A stretch of 64,000 nt of DNA. Source: Balanoglossus misakiensis (lineage: Eukaryota; Animalia; Hemichordata). Shown piece after piece: positions 61,601-64,000 of the stretch. The stretch spans positions 2,143,830 to 2,207,829 of the forward strand of contig CM082593.2 of assembly GCA_040954595.2 (NCBI GenBank), read 5' to 3'. Both the position numbers and the translations under genes were made by a program. Positions within the stretch are counted from its first letter, which is position 1, and every line of letters begins with the position of its first letter. A model generated the notes under the pieces. The model searched no databases, was not told the DNA's origin, and saw only the letters and a program-made list of their open reading frames with translations.

Positions 61601-64000
61601 CAGAAACATAAGGAGGGTATTTGATCTAGGAAAGAATGACGGCACTGGTAAACGGGGACTACAGCCAAGTGACTGGCGTACGGCGACAAAATTAAGCGTT
61701 TGGTTAAATTGCCGCCACGTGCCGTGAATTAAATGTATTCTGTTGAGTCATGTAGTTAGTACAACCCGTCAGTACAGAAAAGGCCCTTTAATACATATCA
61801 GTAATTGATGTTGTGCTGGCAGGCACGTGGCGATGAAATGGCCTTTTCAGGGAGAGCGTGTTAGTTGCCATGCCAAACAAACAGAAAGAATGGCAGCGGC
61901 GGCATCAATGCTGAAACACTCTCTTTCACTTCAGCCAAATAGTTGGTTGATATACTGACTAGTCTTTAGTGGCTCCTGAATAGACGCTCTTTTATCTAAT
62001 CCTACGTCACTGGGTTTTTTAATCGTTTTAACTCAGTGCCAACCCGCCCGCATATCGAAAGCATATGGCCTACTGTACGACAATCTTGATTACTACTCCG
62101 CTCCGTATGGTCTTATGGTTTGTTTACGTCTGCGACATAGGTCTAGAACACTTTCGTATTAAAGTAAGCCCTAATGATTAAGCCAACGAAAGGTTAAGAT
62201 TTAAAATATGCAATATTCCTTTTTTCTTGGATAGGACGTTCCGCGCCCACTGCGGTACGCCGGCGACAACCGCAGTTCGGCCGCTGTTAACTTCGGCTAA
62301 TCTGACTACACGGAACGTAAGGCCACCGAAAACCGGTTCTCTACACTATTGTCCCACTGATCTGAAAGCACAGAAAGCCTTTGTTAGTCATTGATGATTT
62401 CTCAAACAATTATTTTGCCGTTCTGCACTCGTTATCGTGATGCTAAACCACAGTTGATCTCCATTCACCCATAGTTTGCTGTCGCTGTCTATTGGCGCAA
62501 GCCTATCAGCTGCAATCGATACCTCCCAGTAACTAACTTCTTTTGCTCCAGACATGTTTTGGTGACTTTGAAAGACTTTGACACCGAGTTGTATCACTCT
62601 TTATGTCAACTTTGTTACTGCCAAGTCTGGGGAATTAAAATCGCGACTTAAAGATACCAATCGACGAACTGATGAATAAGATATGCTCTTGCAAATCAAA
62701 CACCAGTAGGATAGAGCGGCGTGCGCGTGTGGTAGACTTAAAGAAGCATGTCGAAGTATATCTCAAGGGATTAAACTTGACACCATATTATATTTCTCAG
62801 TCGGGATTTAGCGTTGAATTATCTACAGAAAATTGTCTTCTAATTGAATTTCGCACACAGAGTTTTCATAGCATATCAGTTTAGCTTGTGTATGGTTTTA
62901 AAATATATATATTTTAAAATATTAAATATATGAGTAGTGCATTTCCCCAGTATTTACGGGAGGTTATAATAACCCAAATATCCATTTCCTAACTCGGTCT
63001 TGCAGATGTTTCGAAACGGGGTCAGGTTCAGTTTGTTATACATCAATCACAGCCGGCGAAGTTGAACTCCGAAGTCATTAACATGGAGAAACCACAAGCA
63101 ACAACCACGACACAAGCGTCAGAACGATTGTCAACGTTTCAGCAATAACTCACTGAGACAACACTCTTCGCGGGACAAAGGGGTTATTTATTCGTTGCCA
63201 TAGAGACCACAGATACTCACTGGGTAGGTAAGATTTTTCTTTTTTGGAGTGAAGTTTTGTTGTGTCTGAATGGGTGCGAAGTTGAAGTTCAAACGGAAGC
63301 AATCTCGTGCATTACATGTATCCTTGGTGACGATGTTCCACAAGCTATCAATCAATCAATCGAGAAGATTTTTAAAGGGCCAGTATCCAATGCAAATTGT
63401 TCAGAGGCGCTGCACATCCCAGGAAAAAATCTGTAACCTCCCCACACACAACGAAAATGGAAGATCAGAGAAATGGATGAAAATACAACCAGAATAAATA
63501 CACGTCTATGTATACAAAAAGCTCAGCTAATAAGAAAAATATGTCATCAGTCCAATAAAAGTAACCCGGTCTAAAAAGTACACTATATACATAAAACATA
63601 TGGGACGACGAAGTCAAACAGTGGTCAAGAAAGAAAAACAAAAGTTAAACTGCTCTAAAGAAAAGATGCGAGTGTCCACATTTCCAATGGCAGTTTTTTT
63701 TCCAGAGCTACTCTGTGCAAGCCGCTTATTCACCTGGCAGGTTCATAAAAACTAGGGTCATCATCCTCCTGGTGGGTCCTGGGAGGACAATATCCAGTTT
63801 TTACGACCCTTAATCAGAAAGCGACGACTCACTCTAAGAGAGCGACAAATTGTGGCCGAGGGGACATTGAATTTCCCCCGGGGAAGTAATTGACTCAGAC
63901 GCATGCGCAGGCGAATCCGCAAGATGATGATCCAAACAAAAGCACCGATCATTAATCACTTTTGTCTAATGTCGTCTTTGTCATGTGCCGCTTTCTTTTG

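Noticed and set aside
61638-61660. ACGGCACTGGTAAA, resembling miR-183/263
   Set aside because: Only a partial match, and no supporting pre-miRNA hairpin

Overview
Eukaryotic, intron-rich genomic DNA from a bilaterian invertebrate (taxon inferred from gene content, not proven). I could reconstruct seven spliced protein-coding genes from GT-AG boundaries and protein motifs. In order: ZCCHC24 (-, with a long polyQ/H insert), a HERC3/4-type RCC1+HECT E3 ligase (-), a TNIP/ABIN-like UBAN + zinc-finger protein (+, head-to-head with HERC4), an astacin-CCP-MAM-MAM metalloprotease (+), a rhodopsin-class neuropeptide GPCR (+), a longin R-SNARE (VAMP7-like with a VAMP8-like SNARE motif, -) and SKP1 (+, head-to-head with the VAMP). 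There are also two MITE-like elements and several tandem or simple repeats. The last ~10 kb has no recognisable coding sequence. The best leads are: (1) a compact HERC4/TNIP bidirectional promoter with kB sites, a CLEAR-type palindrome and ETS motifs; (2) a 60-bp tandem triplication of the VAMP last-exon splice acceptor that keeps the frame; (3) the longin-bearing VAMP8-like SNARE; (4) a possible three-way-junction RNA at ~62.2 kb. No prokaryotic systems, CRISPR, rRNA or complete tRNA were seen. All coordinates were derived by eye.
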